Shown in pieces: positions 42,393 to 59,104 of a stretch of 64,000 nucleotides of DNA. The notes beneath the pieces were generated by a model that ran no database searches, had not been told where the DNA came from, and was given only the letters and a program-made list of their open reading frames with translations. A program made the translations under genes and the position numbers. This DNA is from the human T2T-CHM13v2.0 reference genome, Homo sapiens, in NCBI RefSeq assembly GCF_009914755.1, contig NC_060938.1, one strand, 5' to 3'. Positions within the stretch are counted from its first letter, which is position 1, and each line of letters opens with the position of its first letter.

Positions 42393-44311
42393 TGAGCCAC
42401 CGTGCCCAGGCTTATTTATTTTTTTGAGACCGAGTCTTGCTCTGCTGCCCAGGATAGAGTGCAGTGGCTCACTGCAACCTCCGCTTCCTGGGTTCAAGCG
42501 ATTCTCGTGCCTCAGCCTCCTGAGTAGGTGGGATTACAGGCGCCTGCCATCATGGCAGGCTAATTTTTGTATTTTTAGTAGACATGGGGTTTCACCATGT
42601 TGAGACCAGGTCAGGTTGGTCTCAAACTCCTGACCTCAAGTGATCTGCCCGCCTCGGCCTCCCAAAGTGCTGGGATTACAGGCGTGAGCCACCGCGCCCA
42701 GCGTCTCCCAATTTGCAATTATGTGGAAGCACGAAATTATTTCTGGCCAATAGAAGTAAACAGAAGAGGCCAGGTGCAGTGGCTCACCCTTGTGATCCCA
42801 GCACTTTGGGAAGCTGAGGCGGGGGGATCACTGGAGCCCCAGGAGTTGGACACCAGCCTGGCCAAGGTGGCGAAACCTTGTCTCTACCAAAAATACAAAG
42901 ATAATTAGCTGGGTATGGTGGCATGCACCTGTAATCCCAGCTACTCAGGAAGCTGAGGCAGGAGAATTGTTAGAAGCCGGGAGGAGAAGGTTGAAGTGAA
43001 CCGAGATGGCGCAACTGCACTGCAGCCTGGGTGACAGAGTGAGACTCCTTATTTAAAAAAACAAACAAAAAAAAGTAAACAGGAGTAATATACACCACTT
43101 CTGGGTTCCAGGCCTGGTCTTTTTTTTTTTATTTGGAGACAAGGTCTCGCTCTATGTCGCCCAGACTGGAGAGTAGTGGCGTAATCTTGGCTTACTAAAG
43201 CCCCCTTCTCCCAGGTTCAAGAGATTCTCATGCCTCAGCCTCCCAACTAGCTGGGATTACAGGCACATGCCACCACACCCTGCTAATTTCTGTATTTTTA
43301 GTAGAGACGGGGTTTCGCCACCTTGGCCAGGCTGGTCCCAAACTCCTGACTTCAAGTGATCCGCCCACCTCGGACTCCGAGGCCGAGGATTACACTTCCT
43401 CACTTCCATGTGAGGGGAGCACTAAGACCACTGCGGTCTGATACTATACAAGTATCAACTGTTTCCAGCCATCACTGTAGATATATAATTTTTCTGCTTT
43501 TTGATATTTAAGAGTATACAGCAGGGAATATTAAGACTATGCTTATTTTGCCTGTGAATAGTGTGATTTTCCAAAATTTCCAAATCATACTACAGGTTAT
43601 TTTGAGACTTCAAATCCACTCCCATGCCCACTCCTTCCCCTATGTTGGCATACACTATTTTAGAAGCAGAACTTAAGTTTTAGAGGAGGCACTGGCAATT
43701 TGGAATATGAAAGAATGTGGCTGGTTTTACCTTGACTGTTCTTGAATGGCTATTCTTATTTGAGTGAGGCAAACCCAGCATGGGTAGGCGCCCTGGAAGT
43801 GGACAAAATAAACCTGTGCTTGTGTGAATTTCTATCTCCTCGTGCTGTTTCCTATATGTCTTCCTTGAGAAAAACTGAGGAAATTGACCGGACTTTTGTT
43901 TTGTTTTGTTTTTGCGACAGAGGCTTGCTCTGTCATCTAGGCTGGAGTGCAGTGGCACAATCTCGGCTCACTGCAGCCTTGACCTCTCAGGCTCCGGTGA
44001 CCCTCCTGTCTCAGCCTCCTGAGTAGCTGAGACCACAGACACATGACACCATGCCCAGCTATTTTTTTTTATTTTATTTTTTTTTGTGGAGATAGGGTCT
44101 CCCTATGTCGCCCAGGCTGAGACTTTACAAAAAAAAAGAAAAATCTCTGGCCGGCTGCGGTGGCTCACGCCTGTATTCCCAGCACTTTGGGAGGCCAAGG
44201 CGGGCAGCTCACTTGAGGTCAGGAGTTCGAGACCAGCCTGGCCAACATCATGAAACCCTGTCTCTACTAAAAATACAAAAATTAACCAGGCATGGTGGCG
44301 TGCACTGGTAA

Positions 44312-45408
<1,097 letters not shown>

Positions 45409-45629
45409 TCTCTGATCTATGTGAAATGTTTTATAAACTATAAAGCCATTAAAAACACTAGCTCTTCCACTTTCAATGAATTGACAGTTAAACCTATATA
45501 GAAAGTCACTTCATTCAGTTGCTTAAGTGTACATTTTGCAACTCTTCTTATCCTGAAGAGTATGCTAGAAAGATATATTGCTCAAGTTAGATGCTCTGTG
45601 GTTGCTTTAATGCTCATATGAAAAAAAAT

Positions 45630-45880
45630 TAATGACTGATATGAGCATTTGGTTAACACTTAAGACTTGAAATGTTGCTGCCATGTTCTGTACCTGTGCT
45701 ATTCAATATGGTAGCCACTAGCCACATGTGACTATTGAGCCTCTGACTTGTGGCTAGTTTGACTGAAGAATTGAATTTTAAATTTTATCTGATTTAAAAT
45801 AACTTAAGTTTAAATAACCATGTAGATAACACAAATATAGAATGCTTCTGTAATATAAAAAGTGCTACTGGATAGCACTA
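45630..45880. mobile_element. MER3-like hAT-Charlie DNA transposon
   Basis: CTGTGCTATTCAATATGGTAGCCACTAGCCACATGTGACTATTGAG...TACTGGATAGCAC. Confidence 0.65.
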
Positions 45881-46076
45881 TTCTACAAAAATGCTCATAA
45901 ATATTAGTTATTATTTAGAACTATGCTGTCTGATATGTAGCCGTTGGTTATATGTAGCCATTGAACACCTGAAATGTGGTTATTCTGAATTGAGAAATGC
46001 TGTCAGTATAAAATACATTAGATTTCAAAGGCATAGCAGGAAAAAATGTCTTAATAATTTTTATACTGATAATCAT

Positions 46077-47484
<1,408 letters not shown>

Positions 47485-47725
47485 AAAATAATATTAAATA
47501 ATATCTCATATATAGTGACTTAAGTAAAATATAATGTTGAAGTTGATTTCACCTGTTTCTTTTTACTTTAAAAAATATGGGTACTAACTCATATGTTCAT
47601 CACAGCACTACTCACAATAGCAAAGACATGGAATCAATCTAGGTATCCATCAAAGGTGAAGTGGATAAAGAAAATGTGGTACATATACACCATGGAATAC
47701 TCACAGCCATAAAAAAGAGTGAAAT

Positions 47726-49834
47726 TGCACCTAGCTCCTTAGGTGGAGCCATGGTTGATGGACAGTCAGCTTTTGCCAATGAGACCCTCAGTAAGGCTCC
47801 TGGCATGAATGCTATAGACCAAGGGATGGCAGCACTGAAGTTGGGTAGCACAGAAGTTGCAAGCAATGTTCCAAAAGTTGTAGGTTCTGCTGTTGGTAGC
47901 GGGTCCATTACTAGTAACATCATGCTTCCAATAGTTTGCCTCCAGCCACCATTGCTCTCCAAAACCAGCATCTTGGGCTGATATTGCTAGCAAGCCTGCA
48001 AAACAGCAACCTAAACCGAAGACCAAGAATGGCATGCAGGGTCAAGTCTTCCGCCACCCCCGATAAAGCATAACATGGATATTGGAACTTGGGATAACAA
48101 GGGTCCATTGCAAAAGCCCCCTTACAGGCTTTGGTTCAGAATATAGGTCAGCCAACCCAGGGGTCTCCTCAGCCTGCAGGTCAGCAGGCTAACAATAGCC
48201 CACCAGTGGCTCAGGCATCAGTAGGGCAACAGACACAGCCATTGCCTCCACCTCCACCACAGCCTGCCCAGCTTTCAGTCCAGCAACAGGCAGCTCAGCC
48301 AACCCGCTGGGTAGCACCTCGGAACCATGGCAGTGGGTTCGGTCATAATGGGATGGATGGTAACGGAGTAGGACAGTCTCAGGCTGGTTCTGGATCTACT
48401 CCTTCAGAACCCCACCCTGTGTTGGAGAAGCTTCGGTCCATTAATAACTATAACCCCAAAGATTTTGACTGGAATTTGAAACATGGCCGGGTTTTCATCA
48501 TTAAGAGCTACTCTGAGGACGATATTCACCGTTTCACTAAGTATAATATTTGGTGCAGCACAGAACATGGTAACAAGAGACTGGATGCTGCTTATCGTTC
48601 CATGAACGGGAAAGGCTCCTTTTACTTACTTTTCAGTGTCAACAGCCGTGGACACTTCTGTGGCGCTGCAGAAATGAAATCTGCTGTGGACTACAACACA
48701 TGTGCAGGTGTGTGGTCCCAGGACAAATGGAAGGGTCGTTTTGATGTCAGGTGGATTTTTGTGAAGGACATTCCCAATAGCCAACTGCGACACATTCGCC
48801 TAGAGAACAATGAGAATAAACCAGTGACCAACTCTAGGGACACTCAGGAAGTGCCTCTGGAAAAGGCTAAGCAGGTGTTGAAAATTATAGCCAGCTACAA
48901 GCACACCACTTCCATTTTTGATGACTTCTCACACTATGGGAAACGCCAAGAGGAAGAAGAAAGTGTTAAAAAGGAACGTCAAGGTCATGGGAAATAAAAG
49001 GCAGTTCTACACAGACTGCAGCAACGGTTGCATCTGCATATCCTAAGAGGAAAAAATGACCTTCAAGAGAATTAGGACTTTTTTCTTAATTTCACTGACT
49101 TCAGCGACGATTGCAGACTTGCAGTTTAAGTATTGGAATTTCACAAAAGACATAGGACTTAACTGGAAAATGAAAAAAGAAAAAAGAAAAAGAAAAAACT
49201 AAACAAAAAATCCCTCTAGGTAGTTTAGGTGAAAAATGTCCCTTTTATTTTGGCTTTGGTTGTGATTTCAGAGCATAATGCTTTGTTTTTTTGTCTTTTT
49301 ACTATGTTTTTCAGATTTTTAAGTCCGTAAGTGCATACAGTTTTCTCTAATTTTTAAACCCTTTCCTCCTCCCATTTTGACATTTGCACTTGGAGAACAC
49401 TTGAGTTGTGAAGGTTTTGGGCATCCACCCCAGAAAGTGGGAATTTGATTTTATCCTTCCGAACTGGAAGAACATTTTTATGAAGAATTTTTGTCTAGGA
49501 GAATATAACAGTGTTACCCAAGCTTGTGTCTTTAAGGGTGGTTCATTTTCTCTGATCTTTTGTTACTCAAAATAAAGTACTAGGAGTCCTAAGAAATGTT
49601 CTGTTCTTGTACATTCTACTGATTAAGTCAGGATTAATTTGATTTCAAAGCTAAGAACAGTGGTAAAAACTTGTTTACAGAAATGCATTTTGGAAGAGAA
49701 AAATACTGTAAAACGTGTAGTGAATGTTTCTTCAGTTTCTTGTTCAGCCAATGAGGAAAGGGCATTGCCTTTCTTTTTACCATTAATCACTTCTCAATAA
49801 ATGTGAGATCCTGTTGAGCATTAAAAAAAAAAAA
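47726..49834 (+). pseudogene. YTHDF2P1: 5'-truncated processed pseudogene of YTHDF2 (likely YTHDF2P1)
   Basis: Intronless, from APSSLGGAM to KKERQGHGK*; full 3'UTR, AATAAA ~49796, poly(A), TSD AGTGAAAT (47718-47725 / 49835-49842); four 1-nt deletions 5' of the intact 288-codon ORF 48131-48997. Confidence 0.93.
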
Positions 49835-50030
49835 AGTGAAATCATGTCCTTTGTAGCAACATAGATGCGGCTGGAGGCCATTATCCTAAATGAATTAACA
49901 CAGGAACAAAAAATCAAATACCGCATGTTCTCATATATAAGTAGGAGCCGCTACTTACAGGTACACATGAACATAAAGGTGGCAACAATAGGCACTGGGG
50001 ACTGCTAGGGGGAGGAAAGAAGGAAGTGGG

Positions 50031-50401
50031 TGTATTAGCCCGTTCTCACGCTGCTGATAAAGACACACCCGAGAATGAGTAATTTATAAAGGAAAAAGGT
50101 TTAATTACCTCACAGTTCAGCACAGCTGGGAAGGCCTCAGGAAACTTACAATCATGGCAGAAGGGGAAGCAAACACATTCTTTTCATGTGGCAGTAGCAA
50201 GGGGAAGTGCCAAGCAAAAGAGTTTAAGCCCCTTGTAAAACCATCAGATCTCATGAGAACTCACTCACTGTCTTGAGGACAGCATGAGGGTAACCGCCCC
50301 CATGATTAAATTACCTCCTACTGGGTACCTCCATGACACGTGGGAATTATGGGAACTGCAGTTCAAGATGAAATTTGGGTGGACACAGCCCAACCATATC
50401 A
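50031..50401 (-). mobile_element. THE1 (THE1C-like) solo LTR
   Basis: TGTATTAGCCCGTTCTCACGCTGCTGATAAAGAC...GGACACAGCCCAACCATATCA; splits the L1 3'UTR G-rich tract. Confidence 0.9.
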
Positions 50402-51437
50402 GGGGGCAAGGGCTGAAAAACTACCTATTGGGTACTATGCTCACTACTTGGTTGATGAGATCATTCCTACCCCAAACCTCAGCATCACGCAATATACCCA
50501 TGTGAGAAACCTGCACATGTTCCCCCACATCTAAAATAAAAGTTGAAGTTATTTTTTAAAAGAGCAGGGAAAAATTCCCCAGTGGTATGTTCCTAAGTTG
50601 TACAGCCAAAATTTATTATTTAAAAAATTACATGAAAAAAACCTGTATGCAAATATTTGTAGGGACTTTATCCATAATCACCGAAAACTGAAAATAACTC
50701 AAAAGTCTGTCAACTAGAGAATGGATGAACAAGCTGTTGTACATCCATACAAATGGACTACAGTTCAACAATAAAAAGGAAAAAACACACACAAAGTAAA
50801 ATGTGACTACTAGAAAATTACATATGTGGCTCACTCTGTCTCTCTCTTTTTTTGTTGTTTTTGTTTTTTCTTTAGAGACGGGGTCTGGCTGTGTCACCCA
50901 GGATGGAGTGCAGTGGCACAATCGTAGCTCACTGCAGCCTCAATCTCCTAAGCTCAGGCAATCCTCCCACCTCAGCCTCTCAACACTCTCTATTTCTATC
51001 GGACAATGCTGACTTAGAAGTTTTTGGCTTGATCTTTTTGTGTTGGAGCAAAAGCAAAATTACTTTTTGAGAAGATTCTTGGGCTGTCTCCAAGTGCTCC
51101 TTTGGCTTACTTTCAAGGTGGAGTTGGGAAGTGACTTTCTATTTAGTCACTTGACCTCTTGAACTCCTTACCTTTCATAAGATAATATCAGTCTTACCTC
51201 TACTCTGCTAAGAGTTAAAAGTATATGATTCAGCACTTAACAGGCCATATAGAAAGTTACAGTCTACATATTGTCAGCGAACATGACCTCAGACTCACAG
51301 TTGTTTGTTCAGTACTTATCAATGTGAAAAAAATCACAGTTTAATGTTCATTTAAAGAAGTCATGGCCAGGTACAGCGGCTCATGCCTGTAATCCCAGTA
51401 CTTTGGGAGGCCTAGGTGGGTGGATCAGTTGAGGTCA

Positions 51438-51717
<280 letters not shown>

Positions 51718-52167
51718 TCATGGCTTTGGCAGGCCTAGTTCAGAAATAATGGTAGATATTTGCATAAAGCCATACTATAGAGATTTTGTGGTAGAAGCAT
51801 TTCCTCCTGGGCACACATATTTTTTAGCCTTTCTTACAGTTAGATTATAGCCACGTGACTGGGTTCTGTCTAGTGGGAGTTGGCAGAGGGAATGTACTTT
51901 CAGACCTGACCATAAAATTCCATGCGTGATTGTCTACACATCCTGTTTTGCTTCTGTGATGACCTCGGGGGCCACATGCTGAAGATGGCAAAGTCACAAA
52001 ATGGAAGGACTCCAGATCCCTGAGTTACCAAAGGAAAGAAAGTCAACAAGGAAAGTTGCATGACTGACTTTGTGAGTGAGAAGTAAGCCATTGTTATTTT
52101 AAGTCACAGAGATTTTGTTGTTTGTTATCACAGCATATCTTAGCTTACACTAACTAATATATTTCTA

Positions 52168-52356
<189 letters not shown>

Positions 52357-52494
52357 TCAGGAGGCCAAGGCAGGAGAACTGCATGAACCCAGGAGGTGGA
52401 GGTTGCAGTAAGCCGAGATTACACCACTGCACTGTAGCCTGGATGACAGAGCAAGACCCCATTTCAAAAAAAAAAAAAAAAAAAAAGACTTTTA

Positions 52495-52923
<429 letters not shown>

Positions 52924-55363
52924 TTAGCTGGGTGTGGTGGCACGTGTCTGTAGTCCCAACTACTCAGGAGGCTGAAGTGAGAGGATCACTTGGGCCCAGA
53001 AGGTGGAGGCTGCAATGAGCCAAGGTTGCAAAACTGTACTACAGCCTGGGCAACAAAGCCAGACTCTGTCTCAAAATAATAATAATAATAAAAGTGCAAG
53101 TAAATAAATAAATAAATAAATGACTTTTTAGGAGTTGTTTATTTCTGGAACTCATAGGTAAATTTATCTCCAATTACCTTTTTTTTTTTTTTTTTTTTTT
53201 TGAGATAGTGTCTCACTCTGTTGCCCAGGCATGGAATGCTGTAGCACAATCATGGCTCACCACAGCCTTGACCTCCCAGGCTCAAGTGATCCTCCCACCT
53301 CAGCCTCCAAGTATCTGAGACTACAGGCATGTGCCACCACACATGGTAATTTTTTATTTTTTGTAGGGATGGGGCCTTGCTATGTTGCCCAGGCTGATCT
53401 CAAACTCCTGGGCTCAAGCGATCTGGCCTGCCTCAGCCTCCCAAAGTGCTGGGATTACAGGCCTGAGCCACTGTCCAATTACTCATAATTGTTATAATTT
53501 GCAAAGTACATATGCCCATCATCCAACATGTAAACAGTTCTTGAAATATATCTAATGCAAAAATATGGAAAGAGTTCTTGTGTCCTAGGGAGCTGGTGTG
53601 ATGCCTCCTAAATTCGTATGAGAGAGGATCAATCAATTTTGTTATAGTTCTGTGAAGTAGTAGTTTAGTACTCTACCTCAAACGGAATACTTACAAATTC
53701 CAAACAAACAAAAAGACGTCTCTTTTCCTGTTTCTATTTATAATTTCAGGGTCTTAGCATTTTCCCAAATAGAAAGTGCTTCTTCAACTGAGTTTTGATT
53801 ATCTCTAACTGTGCTCCCAGATTCTTCTGGGTAGCCACATTGTTAAATCAGAGCATTTCTGGATATTTTGGAAGCTTGAAGAATAAAGGCAAATCTGTGT
53901 TGTTTTTGCTTTGTTTATTGTTTTCATTGTTTCGCATATTTATTCTTTAACCAATAAGAATTTTAATTATAAATCACAGCTGACTCTATTACTGCAGCTT
54001 TCCATAGTCTATACAGTATTTACACTATGACAAGTTGATGAGTCTATTCTTTAAAAATTATTTTGGAAATACATGAATACTACTACATATTCTGTGGTGA
54101 AAAAAAAAACACACCCAAATAAAACTCATCTTTATATTTTTATCACCTGACTATAGTGATATCAAATAACATTTGATCCGGAATCTTAGGTTCATACCAG
54201 TGCTACCAGTGCTTCACAAAGCCAAACTTATACTTTTTTGAAGGGGAAGGTGGGAATAAAGGCTGTGAAGAATGATAATCAAACAGAAGTCATCTCTACA
54301 GCAATGAATTAATTGCCCAAGACTTTAGAGGGATATCTTCATACTTTGTCTTGTCGAGCTGAGTTACTGAATCATGAACTTCACAGCTATATACTAGTGG
54401 CAATATCATGGTCTTCAGATATGATTTTTTTTTTTTTTGGAGACAGTCTTGCTCTGTCGCCCAGGCTGGAGTGCAGTGGCGCCATCTCGGCTCACTGAAC
54501 CTCCGCCTTCCGGGTTAAAGCAATTTTCATGCTTCAGCCTCCCGTGTAGCTGGGACTGCAGGCATGCACCACCATGTCCAGCTAATTTTTTGTATTTTTA
54601 GTAGAGATGGGGTTTCACCATGTTGGCCAGGCTAGTCTCGAACTCCTGACCTCAGGTGATCTGCCCTCTTTGGTCTCCCAAAGTGCTGGGATTACAGGAC
54701 AGTTGTGCTGTTTCTAATAATGCACATGCTTAAAAACATAAGAGGACTAGTCACAAGGGCTTTTAATCCTGAAAGGTACAAAATTTCTACCCTGTGGCCT
54801 TTGGGAATGAGATCTTGAGAAAAAAGTATTGGAAGTTATAATAGAATCAAGCCTAGGCATAATATGTAATGGTTATAACATGAATTTTGACTTCTCTGAT
54901 TATTTGCAGGAAATTTTAAATCCTAGCCAATTTCCCTTGCTCCCAGGAATACCTTCGAGCTGGTCCTTCTTGTCATCAGTTTGCGTTTGCACAGAGAAAT
55001 AAAAATTCATTTTAATATAAGTTTAAGAAATATGTTACTGGAAAAGTAATGAGTTATTTCTCAGGATTTCATCGTATGTTCCAAATCCAAATATAAATTA
55101 ATCAATTATTTTTATTGTTAATGAGGTTAACTGAGAGTTAATATTGATGCTTTTCCAGTCATAGAAGACTGCTAAATGCAGAGGGAAAACTTGTGTAGAA
55201 GAAAAAAATTATTAGGAATAGTAAAGTTAATATAACAGTGGAGACCCTCTGGAGTCTCCTTCAGAGATATTAGAGTGAATATCAGTTTTGAAGTGAACAA
55301 GAACATAATTAACAAGCTTTTAAATTTATATGTAGGAAGAGAATTTGTCATTCTTAAACCGAC

Positions 55364-55628
55364 TACAATAATCACAGTGTTCAGATAATTCCAGAAACTC
55401 CTGACATAGCGTGGCTTGTAAAGAGGAATTTCCAATCTCTCTTTCACCACATTGTAGGAGATGAAGAAGCAAAGCATAATCCCACAGGACCTGGGAAGAA
55501 ATTATAATTTGTGGTGTACAGTCAACTGCTCAGATTGACTGGCCAGGATGACATCATGGCATGGATCTCAACTAGCAATCTTGCCCCATGGAAGTTTTGT
55601 AAGGCAGTAAAAATTGCCTTGGATCCTG
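55364..55628 (-). pseudogene. Decayed PKD2 (polycystin-2) fragment: exon 5 tail joined to exon 6
   Basis: 55486-55364 reads CGIMLCFFISYNVVKERLEIPLYKPRYVRSFWNYLNTVIIV vs recalled PKD2 [41 protein letters not shown] (24/41 identical, ungapped); upstream RLLVEIHA..SW vs RLLVEFPA..SW and GSKAIF vs GTRATF; frameshifted. Confidence 0.85.
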
Positions 55629-55977
55629 ATGATTTCATATAAAGTAAAATATTACTTGGTGGAGGAAACATATACTTAAGAAGGTTGTTTTGTGACATCT
55701 CGTAATGAAAAATGTAGGCTCATACACATAAATTGTAAATAGTGTTTGAAAATATTTTGAGTCTTGAGGAAACGTAAAATAAACTCTTAGGTAATAGTAA
55801 TAAAAAATGCTTGAGGCATTTGTTATGTGATTGCCTTTTATGCAGCTATTGTGAGATGAAGTTGTGGTTACTCCTGAGTGTAAAAGGATGGGTGTATTTA
55901 GTAGTATAATCATAGAGGGTTTAGTGGAGTACATTTTTATTGGTGGCCAAAGCATTGGAAAGCACCTTCTCAAATGA

Positions 55978-56214
<237 letters not shown>

Positions 56215-56610
56215 TAGCCAGGATGGTCTCGATCTCCTGACCTCGTGATCTGCCCGCCTCGGCCTCCCAAAGTGCTGGGATTACAGGCGTGAGCCACTGC
56301 GCCCCGGCCCATCAGTAGTATCTTGTTAATCAGTAAGAGTTTGATGAATTAAAATAATATCATACACTCAAGACAAAAAAGAATTAAAACTGAGAAATAT
56401 TGTGTGCTGTTGCAACATAAGAAAGGAGATGATAAAGCCTATTACCTCATTTAAAAATGACGTCACGCTTATATTTGAGGTTAGTCAGAGGGTACATTTT
56501 GTTGTCGCTTTTAAAACTAGGTAGGCTTGTGTCTAGTGGGTCATTGAGTGTTATCCTCTAGACATAGGTTTAATGGAAGATATTAATAACCATGAGTGCT
56601 TGAATAAGAG

Positions 56611-56750
56611 CACCACCTGCTGAATCCACTCCATCTCCCTTCTCGTCTGCTCCGTGAAGCCACCTGGGGAGGTGAAGCCAGTATTCACAGTCCAGAGCCC
56701 CACTGTACCCTCCCACCTCATTCCGCCCTCACCAGAGGCTGCAGAGACTG
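56611..56750 (-). pseudogene. Decayed PKD2 exon-1-like fragment
   Basis: TVNTGFTSPGGFTEQTRREMEWIQQVV vs recalled PKD2 [29 protein letters not shown]; differences are largely CpG-deamination type (CCG>CCA, CGG>CAG, GCG>GTG); CAGTCTCTGCAGCCTC resembles the S-R-V-Q-P codons near the PKD2 start. Confidence 0.65.
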
Positions 56751-57435
56751 AGGCTTCTGTTGTTCCTCCCTTCCTCACCTTCCTCTTCTCTCTTCTCTTC
56801 TCTTCCTCACGGTCTTCTCTTCCCTACCCATTGCCCCTCTCTGCCATGACTTTATTGGAGAAGCCTAGTTGGAGGACAGTTACGTAAAAGCAGACAGACA
56901 GTTACCTGGCAATGTATTAGGACCAGAATGAGTCATGGAAATTATTTTCATGAGAAATAACATTTTAAAAAGCAGTTACTTTGTTTTAAAATGTATTTTA
57001 TCACATTTGAGGCTTCCAATAATTTGTTTTTCTTTTGCATTTTTTTGTACCCTCAATGTCAGATTCATGTGATTGATCTGATTCTTCACTAATGACAAAA
57101 AGCCACCAAGATACATCTATTTAAGCTTTCTCGCTTTTGAACTGGTGGAAAGGCTCAAAGGTAACCTTTATTGGAGCGTTATCTTGCAGAGATGAAGAAA
57201 CAAATATTTGTTTATTTTGCTTTCAATGATCTTATATATTGTTTCTATTCTGCTAAAGGATTAATAAGCCTTATGAAGAGAATCAGCAAAGTAAGAATTC
57301 TCCACATAATTCAGATACGTTTTCAACTTAAATGTTAACTTTAAAATGACTTCGGGCTGGCCACGGTGGCTTGCGCCTGTAATCCCAGCACTTTGGGAGG
57401 CCGAGGCAGGTGGATCACTTGAGGTCAGGAGTTCA

Positions 57436-57711
<276 letters not shown>

Positions 57712-58447
57712 TCAAAACCCATAGAACTGTATACTTATACTTACACCACAAAGAGTTAATTTTACCATGTGCAAATATAAGAAAATCAACTAGAATGGCA
57801 GGAGGACCCCAAGATGGAATGTACTTTGAAGCTACAAGAGGCTAAGTAGTTTGCCAAGACTTAGCATGAGTTCACTGGCAGAGGGGTTGTTTATTTCTAT
57901 GTCCCAGGGAAGTCTGAAGAAGGGAGAGAGAGACAAAAAAAAAAAAAAAAAAGAAGAAGGAAAATAATAGTATCAGATCAAGATTTTTTTAGGGTTTTTT
58001 TTTGAGAGAGTTTCACTCTGTCACTGTGGCTGGAGTGTAGTGATGCAAGCAGGGCTCACTGCAACCTCCACCTCCCAGACTCAAGCAATCCTCCCACCTC
58101 AGACTCCTGAGTAGCTGGGACTACAGGTAGGTGCCATCATGCCTAGCTAATTTTTATTTATTTTTTTATGGTTTTTTTTTTTTTTTTTTTTGTAGAGACA
58201 GGGTATTGCTGTGTTGCTTAGGCTGGTTTTGAACTCTGGGCTCAAGCATTCCTCCTGCCTCCCAACGTGCTGGGATTACAGGCATTAGCCACCGCGCCCG
58301 GCTTTCAAGGTGTTTTTATTTTGTACATCTTTGAAAGAAATGGATAAAATAAATAATCATAAAGAACTTATCTATTCATTTTCATGTAGAAATTTTATGC
58401 AATACATGCTTTTAAAAATATAATTATTGGCCTGGTGTGGTGGATCA

Positions 58448-58807
<360 letters not shown>

Positions 58808-58999
58808 TTAATTTTTTTCTTAAAGAAACTTTGGAGCACAAGGTATCTAGTACTGTGGGCACCAAAAAGGCAAGAGGGAGGAAAGGATACATAAATGAGA
58901 AAGGGATGGCTACAGGGAGTGAAGGAGGATGATTCGGGAGAGAATGGTGTAAGAGTATCTTAAATTGGCCCTTCTGAGTTCTTTTTTTTTTTTTTTTGA

Positions 59000-59104
<105 letters not shown>

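Larger units (their letters stand above)
47587..50550 (+). mobile_element. 5'-truncated L1PA15/16-type 3' end, interrupted by a YTHDF2 retrocopy and a THE1 LTR
   Basis: GTGGATAAAGAAAATGTGGTACATATACACCATGGAATAC; GCTGAAAAACTACCTATTGGGTACTATGCTCACTAC...CTAAAATAAAAGTTGAA. Confidence 0.85.

Noticed and set aside
47661-47981. L1-YTHDF2 fusion ORF (106 aa)
   Set aside because: Non-ATG start in L1 sequence, frameshifts out of YTHDF2 at ~47924; a one-in-three chance frame match
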